Position numbers and translations under genes: made by a program. Positions 1 through 11,695 of a stretch of 64,000 bases of DNA are shown here, one piece after another (the first letter of the stretch is position 1; the number at the start of each line of letters is the position of its first letter). Source of the DNA: an uncultured Bacilli bacterium (GTDB lineage Bacteria; Bacillota_I; Bacilli_A; RF39; UBA660). Under the pieces are notes generated by a model that saw only the letters and a list, made by a program, of their open reading frames with translations, had not been told where the DNA came from and searched no databases. The DNA is taken from contig OZ006970.1 of assembly GCA_963931065.1 (NCBI GenBank), positions 934,903 through 998,902 of the forward strand. Direction: 5' to 3'.

Positions 1-95
1 TAGAAAATTAATTTTTAGAGAAAAAAATATTTTAAAGTCATTAAAACTATTAAAAGAAGTTATGATAAAAAATAAAAAAATATAAGGAGTACAAT

Positions 96-2030
96 ATGAA
101 AAAAGAAGGAATATCAATAATAATACCATGTTACAATACAGAACAATATATAGAAAAATGCTTAGATTCTATTTTGAAGCAAAATTTAGAAAAGTTTGAG
201 ATCATTTTGGTTGATGATTGTTCTACTGATAAAACTGTTTCTATTATTAAGCGTTATATGAAAAAATGTCCTTATATAAAATTAATTAAAAATAAGGAAA
301 ATCATGGTGCTGGTTATAATAGAAATATTGCTTTAAAAGAAGCCAAATATGATTTAATATCTTTTATTGATTCAGATGATTATTTAGAAGATAATTTTTA
401 TGAAGAATTATATAAAGCTATTACTAAAGAGAAAGCAGATGTTGCAGTATGTGATATTTTTATAAAGTTTGATTCATCTTTTGAAAATCAAACAGATGTA
501 AGAGCTGTTGAGTGTGAAGGAAAAGTAACAAAAGAAAATATTTTAAATCAAGGTCATGCAGCTTCACCATGCAATAAATTATTTAGAAAGGAGTTATTAG
601 AAAAATTTCCATTTCCAACTGGGATAATGAACGAAGATGTAGCAACTGTATTAGCCATTATAATAAATGCGAAAAAAATAGCTTATACTGGTGATACATA
701 TTATAATTATATTCAAAGACAAAAATCTATACAGAATGATACTTTAAGTTTTAAACGATTTGATATTTTTAAAGCACTTGATATTTTAGAGAGCCGTATT
801 AATAAAGTAAAAGGATATAAAAAATATTTTGACATAATTATATATCAACAAGTTATTATGTTTTATTTATATATTCCACCTAAAGAAGATAAATTTATCA
901 AACGTTATAAGTTTTTAAAAGAATTATACAAGAAAAGTGCTAAATATAAAATTAGGCAAAATCATTATTTTTGGAATTTTTTAGAAACACAAGGAACTAA
1001 ACATAAATATTATTATAAACTCTACTTAAAATTTAATGATAGTGGTTTGTGCTTTTTAGCAAATATGATGATATCTTTTTATAAATTTTATTCTAGAAAT
1101 CTAGTTAAAACAGTTATTCCTTCTAAGATAACTTTGGACACTCTTATTGATTTAGCAGAAAAACAAAGTAATAAAAAAGAAAGTGGTAAAACTATTTCTG
1201 TAGTAATACCAAACTATAATTATGCTGATTTTATGTATCAGAGAGTTTATAGTATTTTATATCAAACTGAAAAAATAGATGAGTTAATAATATTAGATGA
1301 TTGTTCTAAAGATAATAGTAGAGAAGTTATAGATGAACTTGTGGATAAACTAAAACAATATATTAATATTAAAAAGATTTATAATGATGTTAATAGCGGT
1401 TCAGCTTTTAAACAATGGGAGAAAGGTTTTGAAAATGCTACAGGTGACTATGTTTGGATTGCAGAAGCAGATGATTTTTGCCAAAAACAATTTTTGAAAT
1501 CAGTTTTAAAACCTATTAAAGAGGATGATTCTATAGTTATATCATATACAGATACAGCATTTATAGATAAATTTGGAAAGATAATTCTTCCTTCTATAAA
1601 ACCAGAAATAGATATATTAAAATCAGGTCATTGGGATCATGATTTTATTGAAAATGGTGAAGATGAGATAAAAAAATACGCTTATTTAAATTGTACTATT
1701 GCTAATGTTTCTTCTGTTGTCTTTAAAAATAATAACTATAAAAAGTATTTTGCTAAATCTGGCAAATATAAACAAGCTGGAGATTGGCTATTCTATGTTA
1801 ATGTTATGAAAGAGGGTAAAATTGCTTTTATTAATAAACCTTATAATTTTTATCGTGTACATGGTAATAATGTTACTAGTTTAAATAAGAAACAAGCTCA
1901 ATTGAATGAAATTAAAATGGTTCATAAAGAAATAGGTAAGATGTATAAATTAACAAAGAAACAAAAAAATGAAATAGAAAAAAGGTATAAGTTTTTAATA
2001 AGAGTATGGCAATTGGAGGGTGATAAATAA
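96..2030 (+). CDS. Two-domain family 2 glycosyltransferase (two GT2 modules in one 644-aa protein)
   Basis: N-terminal 'ISIIIPCYNTEQYIEKCLDSIL...VDDCSTD' and a second 'ISVVIPNYN...LDDCSKDNS' GT2 signature with DxD-like motifs; upstream RBS (AAGGAG). Confidence 0.8.
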   Translation: MKKEGISIIIPCYNTEQYIEKCLDSILKQNLEKFEIILVDDCSTDKTVSIIKRYMKKCPYIKLIKNKENHGAGYNRNIALKEAKYDLISFIDSDDYLEDNFYEELYKAITKEKADVAVCDIFIKFDSSFENQTDVRAVECEGKVTKENILNQGHAASPCNKLFRKELLEKFPFPTGIMNEDVATVLAIIINAKKIAYTGDTYYNYIQRQKSIQNDTLSFKRFDIFKALDILESRINKVKGYKKYFDIIIYQQVIMFYLYIPPKEDKFIKRYKFLKELYKKSAKYKIRQNHYFWNFLETQGTKHKYYYKLYLKFNDSGLCFLANMMISFYKFYSRNLVKTVIPSKITLDTLIDLAEKQSNKKESGKTISVVIPNYNYADFMYQRVYSILYQTEKIDELIILDDCSKDNSREVIDELVDKLKQYINIKKIYNDVNSGSAFKQWEKGFENATGDYVWIAEADDFCQKQFLKSVLKPIKEDDSIVISYTDTAFIDKFGKIILPSIKPEIDILKSGHWDHDFIENGEDEIKKYAYLNCTIANVSSVVFKNNNYKKYFAKSGKYKQAGDWLFYVNVMKEGKIAFINKPYNFYRVHGNNVTSLNKKQAQLNEIKMVHKEIGKMYKLTKKQKNEIEKRYKFLIRVWQLEGDK

Positions 2031-2031
2031 A

Positions 2032-3573
2032 ATGCTTTCTTTTATAAAAAAAAATAGAGTTTTAATAATTTTTACTATCTTCTTTGCAATGCTTTTATTC
2101 CAACATCAATTTTTATGGCTATATCATGATGATTATGGATATGCTTCTCTTAGTTATGCAGTAGATATTGGAAATATAGGTCATGAATATGGGATATTAG
2201 ATATTTTTAATTTCTTAGGTCAACATTATTTACAATGGGGTGGCCGAATAACTTGTTTCTTTATTGAATGTTTATTACTTAGATTTGGATTACCAATTTA
2301 TAGAATTGCACAAAGTATAGTGATACTTGCAATATTTTATTTAATATATAAACTGGTTTCAAAAAGAGCTAATATTAGCGATTATAAGGTTGCTCTATTA
2401 ACCATTTCAATGTATGGTTTTCTCGAGATAATGATAGTGCGTGATGGTATTTTTTGGATAACTGGTGCTGTTAATTATTTATTCCCACTTTTAACTTTTC
2501 TTTTGTTAGTTTATTTTGTAGAAACAAATAAAGATAAAGGCAAATTATTTTTTGTTCTTCAAATACTTCTTGCATTTTTTGCAGGCTTTTCTCATGAACA
2601 AACTTCTGCTATGACAATTGCCTTTCTTGGATTTATAATTATTAAGGAAAAGATTTTAACAAAAAAATTTAATATAAAAAAAATAGTTACTTTTATTTTT
2701 GCACTAGTTGGTTTTCTTTTATTATTATTTTGTCCAGGTAGTTATAATAGATTGGGTTCTACTTCTACATTTGAAGGCATGAATATTATTGAAAAGTTAG
2801 ACTTTAGTTTTACAAATTTAATAAATGGTTTTTTTAGTGAATATAATGGTGCTTTTTTATTTATATTTTTTCTGATGATTTTGTATATATCAATCGAAAA
2901 TATAAAAAATAATAAAAATAATAATATTATTATAAAAATTGCATCTTTTTCTAATATAGTTATTGTATTAATAAGTTTCTTAAAACGCTCTTCAAATTAT
3001 TTTATATTTATGCAAGGTTTGTTTAGTAATTCTATATACCATGTGTTAATATTATTTGTATTTATAATTCAATTATGTTTAATTGTATACTCCTTGATAA
3101 TTTTTATAGGTAAAAAAGATTTATTATTAATTAATTTATTTATTAGCAGTCTAGCAAGCATATCTGTGATGTTAATTTCTTCGTATTATCCTATGCGTGC
3201 TTCACTTGGTTTTATAATAATTAATTATATAATTTTGCTTGTAATTTTTTGCAAATTTTTTGAAAAAAATAAAAGATTAAGATATTTTAATTATTTTTTA
3301 GTTGCAATTTGCATTTTTGCTTTTATTAATTATGGTACAATAACTAAAGGATATTATAACAATAATTTTGTTAATAAATATAATGACAATATTTTACAAC
3401 AAAGTAGTCTAAAAATTAAACAGGGGAAAAATATTAAAAAAATAGTTTTAAAAAAATTACCTGATATTGCATATTCAGGTGATCAACCTTATATAGATGG
3501 CTTTGAATATATAGAGAAATGGATTAAAAATTATTATGAGCTTCCAGAAAGGATAAAAATAGTTTATGAGTAG
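2032..3573 (+). CDS. Polytopic membrane protein, candidate polysaccharide polymerase / GT-C-like transferase
   Basis: More than 10 predicted TM helices, no soluble domains; located in a glycan locus; likely start ATG 2032 after GGAGGG (track start 2020 sits too close to the RBS). Confidence 0.5.
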   Translation: MLSFIKKNRVLIIFTIFFAMLLFQHQFLWLYHDDYGYASLSYAVDIGNIGHEYGILDIFNFLGQHYLQWGGRITCFFIECLLLRFGLPIYRIAQSIVILAIFYLIYKLVSKRANISDYKVALLTISMYGFLEIMIVRDGIFWITGAVNYLFPLLTFLLLVYFVETNKDKGKLFFVLQILLAFFAGFSHEQTSAMTIAFLGFIIIKEKILTKKFNIKKIVTFIFALVGFLLLLFCPGSYNRLGSTSTFEGMNIIEKLDFSFTNLINGFFSEYNGAFLFIFFLMILYISIENIKNNKNNNIIIKIASFSNIVIVLISFLKRSSNYFIFMQGLFSNSIYHVLILFVFIIQLCLIVYSLIIFIGKKDLLLINLFISSLASISVMLISSYYPMRASLGFIIINYIILLVIFCKFFEKNKRLRYFNYFLVAICIFAFINYGTITKGYYNNNFVNKYNDNILQQSSLKIKQGKNIKKIVLKKLPDIAYSGDQPYIDGFEYIEKWIKNYYELPERIKIVYE

Positions 3574-5080
3574 AATAATAAAGTTTTTTTATGTTTTTTT
3601 TGCTATTATCTTTTTATATTTGCTTATAAATATTCCATTTAGAGAAATATCAACTCTTTATGATATTAATTCATTAATCTTTGTACCAATAAGTATAATA
3701 ATAATCTTTATTTGGTATTTTATATATAAAGTAGTTAATAAGAAATTTAATAAACTTACAAATAAAAAGAAAATTATTTTGATATGTTCTACATTTATTT
3801 TTATTATAATTATAGAAATTTTAATTATTCTTTTTTTAGATGTTCCTTTAGGGTGGGATTTTGAAGTTGTATATCAACAAGCGAAAAGTTATGTTTTAAA
3901 CCATGCACATTTAAATAGTGGTGGTGTACCACATTATTTTCAATATTTTCCAAATAATATTCCAATTTTTATTGTGTTAGTTATTGTTTTTAAATTTTTT
4001 CAAATATTTGGTATGAATGACTTTTTATTAGTTGGTGAAATATTTAATGCTATTTTGATTTTGTTGACTATTATTTTTACTTATTTATTTATAAAAAAAA
4101 GTTATGGAGAAGCAAAAGCATATTTTTCATTGTTAATATCTTTGTTTTTTATTCCACTATTCTTATATATTCCAGTATTTTATTCTGATACATTTTCAAT
4201 ATTATTCGTTCCATTAATCCTTTATACATCTGCATTTTTTAATTCTTCTAATAAAAAATATAGAATTATTTCATATTTGTGTTTTGGAATATTTTCTTAC
4301 ATAGGGTGTAAAATGAAAATGACTGTAATTTTTATTCCTTTGGCCATTATCTTTGCTCAAATGTTGAAAGCTAATTATAAATGTTTTTTGATTTTATTAT
4401 CATCATTAGTTCTTTCTTTCTTAGTTTTGGGTAGTTTTTATAATTATTTTGTTCTTGAAAAAGATATTTTTTATGCAAAATATGATAATTATGGAGCAAT
4501 CCCTTATACTCATTGGGTAATGATGGGAATTGAGGATGGAGAGGTTAAAGATCATAATTCTTATGGCGGATATAATGGTGATGATTATGAGAAAACAGAA
4601 AGTTTTAAAACTGGCAGAGATAGTATGAAATATCATATAAAAGAAATAAAGAGAAGAATTAATAAATGGGGTTTTATTGGTTATGCTAATTATCTTACAA
4701 ATAAAGCTGTTAATGCATGGGGAGACGGAAATTATTATGCTGCTATAAAACTGAATTGGCAAAACAAATATAATACAAATAATTTTCAAAAAATTATTTC
4801 TGGAAGTGATAATAATCATTATATGATATATTTTAATTCTAGTGTTTCATTTGCGTTTTTGATTTTATTAGTAATGTCATTTTTATGGGCATTAATTAAA
4901 AAAGATAATAATTTGTTAGTGATTCAATTATCCATTTCTATGATTTTTGTATTTTTACTATTATGGGAAAATCGTTCTAGATATTTATATAATTATATTC
5001 CAATTTTTAATATTGTAATTGTCTATTATATAGATAAGCTTAAGTTATTAGGATTAAGATGGAAGAAATATCGAGGGTAG
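3566..5080 (+). CDS. Polytopic membrane protein, candidate GT-C fold (ArnT/PMT/GtrC-like) glycosyltransferase
   Basis: Multi-TM N-terminal half followed by a hydrophilic loop (DNYGAIPYTHWVMMGIEDGE...); located just upstream of a GtrB-like gene. Confidence 0.45.
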   Translation: MSRIIKFFYVFFAIIFLYLLINIPFREISTLYDINSLIFVPISIIIIFIWYFIYKVVNKKFNKLTNKKKIILICSTFIFIIIIEILIILFLDVPLGWDFEVVYQQAKSYVLNHAHLNSGGVPHYFQYFPNNIPIFIVLVIVFKFFQIFGMNDFLLVGEIFNAILILLTIIFTYLFIKKSYGEAKAYFSLLISLFFIPLFLYIPVFYSDTFSILFVPLILYTSAFFNSSNKKYRIISYLCFGIFSYIGCKMKMTVIFIPLAIIFAQMLKANYKCFLILLSSLVLSFLVLGSFYNYFVLEKDIFYAKYDNYGAIPYTHWVMMGIEDGEVKDHNSYGGYNGDDYEKTESFKTGRDSMKYHIKEIKRRINKWGFIGYANYLTNKAVNAWGDGNYYAAIKLNWQNKYNTNNFQKIISGSDNNHYMIYFNSSVSFAFLILLVMSFLWALIKKDNNLLVIQLSISMIFVFLLLWENRSRYLYNYIPIFNIVIVYYIDKLKLLGLRWKKYRG

Positions 5081-5260
5081 AAAAGAAATAATTTTATTAA
5101 TTATAATAAGAATTGTAGCTTTTTATTATTTTTTCCATTATTTTATCTATTTTTATATTAATTGAAAAAAGTGTTAAATATTTACAATGATTTAAGTTAA
5201 TGGTAAACTAGTTTTAGTAATATTAAAATATTATGAAACTAGTATGAGGAAGTGTTATTT

Positions 5261-6229
5261 ATGAAAAGAAAACAAGTTAGTCAAGATATTTTATATGTTG
5301 TAATACCATGTTACAATGAAGAAGAAGTTTTAGAAGAAACTACAAGGCAGTTAAAAGAGAAAATGAAGGATTTAATCACAACAAAGAAAATAAGCGATAA
5401 AAGTAGAGTTATGTATGTTAATGATGGCAGCAAGGATAAAACTTGGAATATCATTGAAAAAATTCATAGAAAAGAAAAACTATTTACTGGTATATCCTTA
5501 TCCAGAAATAGAGGACATCAAAATGCATTATTAGCAGGTTTAATGACTGCGAAAAATTATGCTGATGTAGTTATTAGTATGGATGCTGATTTACAGGATG
5601 ATATTAATGCTATGGATGAAATGTTAGATAAATATTATCAAGGTAATGATATTGTCTATGGAGTTAGAAGTTCCAGAAAAAAAGATACTTGGTTTAAAAG
5701 AACTACTGCTGAAGGTTTCTATAAATTTATGAATAAAATGGGAGTAGATGTTGTTTATAATCATGCTGATTATAGGTTGACTAGTAAAAGGGTATTAGAC
5801 TATTTAGAAAATTACAAGGAGGTAAATTTATTCTTGCGTGGTATTTTTCCTTTAATTGGTTTTTCATCAGACATTGTTTACTATGAGAGAAACGAAAGAT
5901 TTGCAGGTGAGAGTAAATATCCATTAAAAAAGATGCTTTCTTTTGCATGGGATGGTATTACTTCTTTTTCAATTCGTCCAATAAAACTTGTTTTAAATTT
6001 AGGAATCTTTATTTTTGCTATTAGTATATTGATTTTAATATATTGTTTAATAGTTAAATTATTTGGTTATACAGTTGATGGTTGGACATTTATTATGTGT
6101 TCTATCTGGATTGTAGCAGGGCTTGAAATGTTATCTTTAGGAATAATAGGAGAATATGTTGGTAAAATTTACAGTGAGACCAAAGCAAGACCTAGGTATA
6201 TAATATCTAGAAATCTAAATGAAGAGTAA
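5261..6229 (+). CDS. Polyprenyl-phosphate sugar transferase (GtrB/CsbB-like GT2 with C-terminal TM pair)
   Basis: 'YVVIPCYNEEEVL', 'VNDGSKDKT', 'MDADLQDD' motifs and two C-terminal TM helices typical of bactoprenol glucosyltransferases; RBS GAGGAAG upstream of ATG 5261. Confidence 0.8.
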   Translation: MKRKQVSQDILYVVIPCYNEEEVLEETTRQLKEKMKDLITTKKISDKSRVMYVNDGSKDKTWNIIEKIHRKEKLFTGISLSRNRGHQNALLAGLMTAKNYADVVISMDADLQDDINAMDEMLDKYYQGNDIVYGVRSSRKKDTWFKRTTAEGFYKFMNKMGVDVVYNHADYRLTSKRVLDYLENYKEVNLFLRGIFPLIGFSSDIVYYERNERFAGESKYPLKKMLSFAWDGITSFSIRPIKLVLNLGIFIFAISILILIYCLIVKLFGYTVDGWTFIMCSIWIVAGLEMLSLGIIGEYVGKIYSETKARPRYIISRNLNEE

Positions 6230-6232
6230 TTG

Positions 6233-6268
6233 CTAAAAATTGTCAAATTCTTGGCAATTTTTTTTAAT
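6233..6268 (+). terminator. Rho-independent terminator
   Basis: Hairpin AATTGTCAA/TTGGCAATT followed by a T7 run. Confidence 0.5.
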
Positions 6269-6325
6269 TCCTTTTTAATTATTCTTTTATATGATATGAT
6301 AAAAGTAATTAGAAAGGTTTAGACT

Positions 6326-7582
6326 ATGAAGAAAAATATTATAAAATTAATAGAATTATTTTTAATACTAAGTCCACTTTTTGATATGTTAACGGCATGT
6401 ATGTTGCAACTTTTAAATATCAATTTTACTATTGGAATGGTAGTTAGATTTATAATAATTTTAATATGTGTTTTCTATCTTATATTTATATATAAAAGTA
6501 AAGATAAAAAGTACTTGTTATTAATGTTAGGAAGTATCTTTATATATCTTGTTATCTTTGGAGTATTAACAATAGTTAATAAAGATATATCAGTCTTATT
6601 ATATGAAGGACAGAATGCTCTTAAAACCTTTTATTTACCAATTTTATTACTTAGTTTTTATGCTATTGTTAAAGAAAATAAAACCTTTATTACTAATAAG
6701 ACTATAGTTACTGTGTATATCATTTATCTTTTAGGTATCTTTATTCCTGATTTTTTAGGAATAGGATTTGATAGTTATGCAATTAGTAAAGAGGGAAGTA
6801 TTGGCTTTTTTAACACAGCTAATGAGATTAGTGCCATTATTTCAATCTTAATGCCTTTCTTTTTACTTTATCTTTATGAGAAAAAGAATTTTTTCTTAAT
6901 AGTATTATTGATAGGCATTTTAGTCTTTGATATCTTAAGTATAGGTACTAAAGGACCACTACTTGCTTTTATCATTATACTAGGAGTTATCTTATTAATT
7001 TATATAATTTATTTAGTTAAAGAAAAATTGTATAAAGTGCTTTCTATTCTCATAGTAACATTATTTTTATTCATTTTATTTATAAGTATTTATTTACCTA
7101 GAACAGCTTTCTATAAAAATATAGAAATACATTTAGACTTTCTAGGTGTTGATAATGTTATGGAAGTCTTTACTGATTATGAGTTATTTGATCACTTTGT
7201 CTTTAGTTCTAGACTTAAATTCTTAGGTAATACCTTTAATAGTTATAAAGACTCTAGTACTTTAGAAAAGATATTTGGTATTGGTTATATTGAAAATTAT
7301 GGAACTGATGATGTTAGTACGAAGATGATTGAAATGGATTATTTTGATATTTTATTTAGACATGGTATAGTTGGCTTTATTATTTATATGGGAGTATTTA
7401 TTTATTTCCTTTGTAAAACTTTTAAACATACTTATAGATTAAAAGATAACACCTATAAGATATGTAATTATTTATCGCTTTCCTTAATTATATTATTATC
7501 ATTAATTACAGGTCATGTTTTACTAGCACCATCTGTTAGTATTTTTGTAGCGATTATTTTAACTAAGAAGGATGTGGTATAA
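6326..7582 (+). CDS. O-antigen ligase / Wzy-like polymerase family membrane protein
   Basis: About 10 TM helices with a large periplasmic-type loop near the C-terminus; located in a glycan cluster. Confidence 0.55.
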   Translation: MKKNIIKLIELFLILSPLFDMLTACMLQLLNINFTIGMVVRFIIILICVFYLIFIYKSKDKKYLLLMLGSIFIYLVIFGVLTIVNKDISVLLYEGQNALKTFYLPILLLSFYAIVKENKTFITNKTIVTVYIIYLLGIFIPDFLGIGFDSYAISKEGSIGFFNTANEISAIISILMPFFLLYLYEKKNFFLIVLLIGILVFDILSIGTKGPLLAFIIILGVILLIYIIYLVKEKLYKVLSILIVTLFLFILFISIYLPRTAFYKNIEIHLDFLGVDNVMEVFTDYELFDHFVFSSRLKFLGNTFNSYKDSSTLEKIFGIGYIENYGTDDVSTKMIEMDYFDILFRHGIVGFIIYMGVFIYFLCKTFKHTYRLKDNTYKICNYLSLSLIILLSLITGHVLLAPSVSIFVAIILTKKDVV

Positions 7583-8448
7583 TGAGAAAATTAGTTTTTA
7601 TTATTATTAATTATAATGATTATAAAACTACGAAAAGATTACTTGATAATATTAAAGATTATAAAGTAATAGATAAAATATATGTAGTTGACAATCATTC
7701 TACTGATGATTCTTATAGTAGGTTAAAAAAAATAAAGATTAAAAGATATGAAGTAATTGAGTCTCCTAGTAATAATGGTTTCGCTTCTGCTTTAAATATA
7801 GGGGCTAAAAAAGCGATAGATGACTTTTCTAATGTAGATATTATCTTTTCTAATTCTGATATTATTATTAATAGTAATGATGATTTAGAAGATTTAAAAA
7901 AGACTTTAGATAAACGTGATATTGGTCTAGTTGGACCAGTTGTAGTTCAAAATGGAGAATTAAATAGAGGATGGAAACTACCTAGACCTAGTGATGAAAT
8001 ACTTGGTAATTTACCTGGACTAGGTAAGAAATTTAACAAAAAAATATATTATGATGATGCTCATTATAAAGGAGAAAGTAGTGAAGTAGAAGTTATATCA
8101 TTTTGTTTTTTCTTAATTAAAAGTGAAGTATTAAAGAAAATGGGCTTTTTTGATGAAAATACCTTTTTATACTATGAAGAAAATATAATGGCAAGTAAAC
8201 TTAAACATACTAGATATAAAATATTAGTTAATAATAATGTTACTATTATTCATGATCATTCTGTTAGTGTTGATAAAAATATTAGTTATATTAATAAATT
8301 TAAAATATTAAAAAAAAGTCAAATGTATTTTGAAACTACTTATAACCATGTTAATAGTATAGAGAAATTTTTATTAAAATTGACAATAAGATTAACACTT
8401 TTAACATTATATGTTAGAATATTTGTAAGAGGAGGTTTAAGGAAATGA
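7582..8448 (+). CDS. Family 2 glycosyltransferase
   Basis: '[19 protein letters not shown]', 'VDNHSTDDS', rhamnosyltransferase-like GT2 fold; start overlaps upstream stop (ATAATGA). Confidence 0.75.
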   Translation: MRKLVFIIINYNDYKTTKRLLDNIKDYKVIDKIYVVDNHSTDDSYSRLKKIKIKRYEVIESPSNNGFASALNIGAKKAIDDFSNVDIIFSNSDIIINSNDDLEDLKKTLDKRDIGLVGPVVVQNGELNRGWKLPRPSDEILGNLPGLGKKFNKKIYYDDAHYKGESSEVEVISFCFFLIKSEVLKKMGFFDENTFLYYEENIMASKLKHTRYKILVNNNVTIIHDHSVSVDKNISYINKFKILKKSQMYFETTYNHVNSIEKFLLKLTIRLTLLTLYVRIFVRGGLRK

Positions 8449-9320
8449 AAGGAATTATTTTAGCAGGAGGTAGTGGAACTAGACTTTATCCTTTAACAGA
8501 AGTTACAAGTAAACAGCTGATGCCAATTTATGATAAGCCTATGATTTATTATCCCTTATCAGTACTAATGCAAGCGGAAATTAAAGATATTTTAATAATA
8601 TCGACTCCTAAAGATTTACCTAGATTTATGGAATTATTAGGAGATGGTTCTAAGTTTGGAGTTAATTTTTCTTACAAAGAACAACCTAGTCCAGATGGCC
8701 TTGCTCAAGCCTTTATTTTAGGTAAAGAATTTATTGGAAATGATACTTGTTGTATGGTACTTGGTGATAATATTTTCTATGGTCCTAATTTAAAGAATGA
8801 GTTATTGAAAGCGAAAGAGGATGCTAGTAAAGGTAAAGCAACTGTCTTTGGTTATCATGTCCATGATCCTGAACGTTTTGGGGTAGTTGAATTTGATAAA
8901 GATGGCAAAGTTTTAAGTGTTGAAGAAAAGCCTGATAATCCTAAGAGTAATTATGCGATAACAGGACTTTATTTCTATGATAACTCTGTAGTTGAGAAAG
9001 CTGCAAATTTAAAACCATCTAAAAGAGGAGAGTTAGAAATAACTGATTTAAATAAACTTTATTTAAATGATTCTAAATTAAACGTAATTACTTTAAATGA
9101 AGGTTACGGATGGTTTGATACAGGAACATTTAAGAGTTTATTTGATGCTACTAATTTTGTTGCAACTATCCAAGAGCATCAAAATATTACTATATGCTGT
9201 CCAGAAGAAATAGCTTATAAAAATGGGTGGTTAAATAAAGAAAAAGTACTAGAAGCTGCTAAATTAATGAAAAAGAATACTTATGGGAAACATTTAATGG
9301 AAATTGTGGAGGAGAGATAA
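8445..9320 (+). CDS. rmlA: Glucose-1-phosphate thymidylyltransferase
   Basis: '[18 protein letters not shown]' and the full-length RmlA pattern. Confidence 0.95.
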   Translation: MKGIILAGGSGTRLYPLTEVTSKQLMPIYDKPMIYYPLSVLMQAEIKDILIISTPKDLPRFMELLGDGSKFGVNFSYKEQPSPDGLAQAFILGKEFIGNDTCCMVLGDNIFYGPNLKNELLKAKEDASKGKATVFGYHVHDPERFGVVEFDKDGKVLSVEEKPDNPKSNYAITGLYFYDNSVVEKAANLKPSKRGELEITDLNKLYLNDSKLNVITLNEGYGWFDTGTFKSLFDATNFVATIQEHQNITICCPEEIAYKNGWLNKEKVLEAAKLMKKNTYGKHLMEIVEER

Positions 9321-9321
9321 T

Positions 9322-9894
9322 ATGAAAAAAATTGAAACTAATTTATTAGATTGTTATATTTTAGAACCAGATAAATTTGGAGATGAAAGAGGATATTTTT
9401 CACCTTATTATATAGAAGCTAATTTAAAAGAATTAGGTTTTGAAGGTGTAAAACAGGCAAACAGAAGTAAAAGTGCTAAAGGAGTAGTTAGAGGACTTCA
9501 TTTCCAAGAAGATCCAAAGTGTCAAGCTAAGATAGTTGAGGTTATTAAAGGTTCTGCCATTGATGTAGTTGTTGATATTAGAAAAGATTCAGATACTTAT
9601 GGAAAATATACTGCTGTTAAACTAACAGAAGATAATAATAGACAGTTATTTGTTCCTCGTGGTTTTGCTCATGGATTTATTTCCTTAGAAGATGATACCA
9701 TTTTTCAGTATTTAGTTGATAATGATTATGCACCTGACAAAGAAGGAGGAATCCTTTGGAATGATCCTGGTCTTAATATTAATTGGGATGAGATGTTTAA
9801 AGAAAATAATATAACTGAGCCAATATTATCTGAGAAAGATGGGAAGCATCCTACATTAGAAGAATCTAAAGTGCTATTTTTAAGGAGGAAATAA
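9322..9894 (+). CDS. rmlC: dTDP-4-dehydrorhamnose 3,5-epimerase
   Basis: Cupin RmlC motifs (ERGYF, RGLHFQ, FVPRGFAHGF); ATG 9322 after GGAGGAG. Confidence 0.9.
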   Translation: MKKIETNLLDCYILEPDKFGDERGYFSPYYIEANLKELGFEGVKQANRSKSAKGVVRGLHFQEDPKCQAKIVEVIKGSAIDVVVDIRKDSDTYGKYTAVKLTEDNNRQLFVPRGFAHGFISLEDDTIFQYLVDNDYAPDKEGGILWNDPGLNINWDEMFKENNITEPILSEKDGKHPTLEESKVLFLRRK

Positions 9895-10787
9895 TGAAAT
9901 ATTTAATTACAGGTTATAAAGGACAATTGGGTTATGATGTTAAAAGAGAATTATTAAAAAGAGGAGTTAGTGAAGATACTATTCTTGCTCTTGATAAAGA
10001 AGAGATGGATATTACTAATAGAGAAGAGGTAAATAGAGTTGTAAAAGAATTTGCTCCTAATGTTATTTTTCATTGTGCAGCATGGACTGCAGTTGATAAA
10101 GCAGAAGATATGGAAGATGCTTGCTATAATGTTAATGTAGTTGGTACAAAAAATGTTGTAGATGCATCCCTTGAAGTAGGTGCTACTACTATATATATGT
10201 CAACTGATTATGTTTTTGATGGTACTAAAGATGGAGTATATACTGAAGAAGATAAAGTTAATCCTAAGAGTGTTTATGGTAGAACTAAATTTTTAGGTGA
10301 AGAAGAAGTTAGACGTAATCCTAAACACTTTATTACTAGAATATCTTGGGTATTCGGAATTAATGGCCATAACTTTATTAGAACAATGCTAAAACTATCA
10401 GATAATCATAGTGAATTAAATGTTGTAGATGACCAGATAGGTAGTCCTACATATACAGTTGATCTTGCTAAAATCTTAGTGGATATGTCTAATAGTGATA
10501 AATATGGTACTTACAATGTTACTAATAGTGAATATTGTAGTTGGGCTGAGTTTGCAGAATATATTTTTGAATCTAATAAAAAGAGTGTTAAAGTAAATAA
10601 AGTTACAACGGAAGAGTATTTAGAAATTACTGGTGCTAAACAAGCATATCGACCTAGAAATTCTAAACTTGATAAATCTAAGCTAGAAGAGAATTTTGGA
10701 TTGTTACCAACTTGGAAAGATGCAGTAAATCGTTACAATATAGAACTTGAAGAAGAAAAAAAATTAGTTAAAAAATATAATATTTAA
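9894..10787 (+). CDS. rmlD: dTDP-4-dehydrorhamnose reductase
   Basis: Rossmann N-terminus with STDYVFDG and YG.TK motifs typical of RmlD. Confidence 0.9.
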   Translation: MKYLITGYKGQLGYDVKRELLKRGVSEDTILALDKEEMDITNREEVNRVVKEFAPNVIFHCAAWTAVDKAEDMEDACYNVNVVGTKNVVDASLEVGATTIYMSTDYVFDGTKDGVYTEEDKVNPKSVYGRTKFLGEEEVRRNPKHFITRISWVFGINGHNFIRTMLKLSDNHSELNVVDDQIGSPTYTVDLAKILVDMSNSDKYGTYNVTNSEYCSWAEFAEYIFESNKKSVKVNKVTTEEYLEITGAKQAYRPRNSKLDKSKLEENFGLLPTWKDAVNRYNIELEEEKKLVKKYNI

Positions 10788-10798
10788 GGAGAACAACT

Positions 10799-11695
10799 AT
10801 GCTTGAGGTTAAACATATTACAAAATATTATGGTGATAATAGGGCGGTGTCTGATCTGTCCTTTACTGTTAAAGATGGAGAAATATTTGGATTACTTGGA
10901 GAAAATGGAGCAGGTAAGACTACAACCTTTAGAATTATTATGGGTTTAATTGATTCTAATAAAGGAGAAGTTTTACTTGATGGTAAGAAAATCGATTATA
11001 ACTTAACTGATAAAATTGGTTTTGTTACAGAAGAGAGAAGTTTACTTACTAAACTTACTGTTTTAGAACAACTTACCTTTTATGGGGTATTAAAAGGTCT
11101 TGATGAGAGAACTATAGAAAAAGATATAGATAAATGGTTAGAAAAGTTTGAGATTTCTAGTTATAAGAATAGAAAGATTAAAGAATTATCTAAAGGTAAT
11201 CAACAAAAGATTCAGTTTATTTCTGCTATTATTAATCATCCTAAATTATTAATATTAGATGAACCTTTTACAGGTCTTGATCCTATTAATGTTAAGATGA
11301 TGAAAGATGCTATATATGATTTACAAAAAGAAGGAACATCTATTATCTTTTCATCACATCAGATGGAATATATTGAAGACTTTTGTGAGAAATTAGTTAT
11401 CCTTGTAAAAGGTCATCCTGTAGTAAGTGGAATGTTAAAAGATATAAAAGAAGACTTTGGTATTAAAAATATTATGTTAAGAGGAGATGATTTACCTCTT
11501 GATAAAATAAAGAAAGTAAAAGGGGTATTAGGTGTATCTAAAGTAAGAGGAGAAATAGAAGTAAAAATAGAAGATAAAACAGTCGCTCCTAAGATATTCT
11601 CATTAGTTAAAAACTGTAATATTACTAAATATGATGTAGTTGAACCTACACTTAATGAAATATTTATTGCGAAAGTAGGGGGTATCCATGAATAA
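10799..11695 (+). CDS. ABC transporter ATP-binding protein
   Basis: Walker A GENGAGKTT, signature LSKGNQQK, Walker B ILDEP. Confidence 0.9.
   Translation: MLEVKHITKYYGDNRAVSDLSFTVKDGEIFGLLGENGAGKTTTFRIIMGLIDSNKGEVLLDGKKIDYNLTDKIGFVTEERSLLTKLTVLEQLTFYGVLKGLDERTIEKDIDKWLEKFEISSYKNRKIKELSKGNQQKIQFISAIINHPKLLILDEPFTGLDPINVKMMKDAIYDLQKEGTSIIFSSHQMEYIEDFCEKLVILVKGHPVVSGMLKDIKEDFGIKNIMLRGDDLPLDKIKKVKGVLGVSKVRGEIEVKIEDKTVAPKIFSLVKNCNITKYDVVEPTLNEIFIAKVGGIHE

Noticed and set aside
4421-4819. 132-aa minus-strand ORF inside the 3566–5080 membrane protein gene
   Set aside because: It is antisense to a well-supported coding region. Its Ile/Phe/Asn-rich composition is the usual artefact of AT-rich DNA, and there is no RBS.
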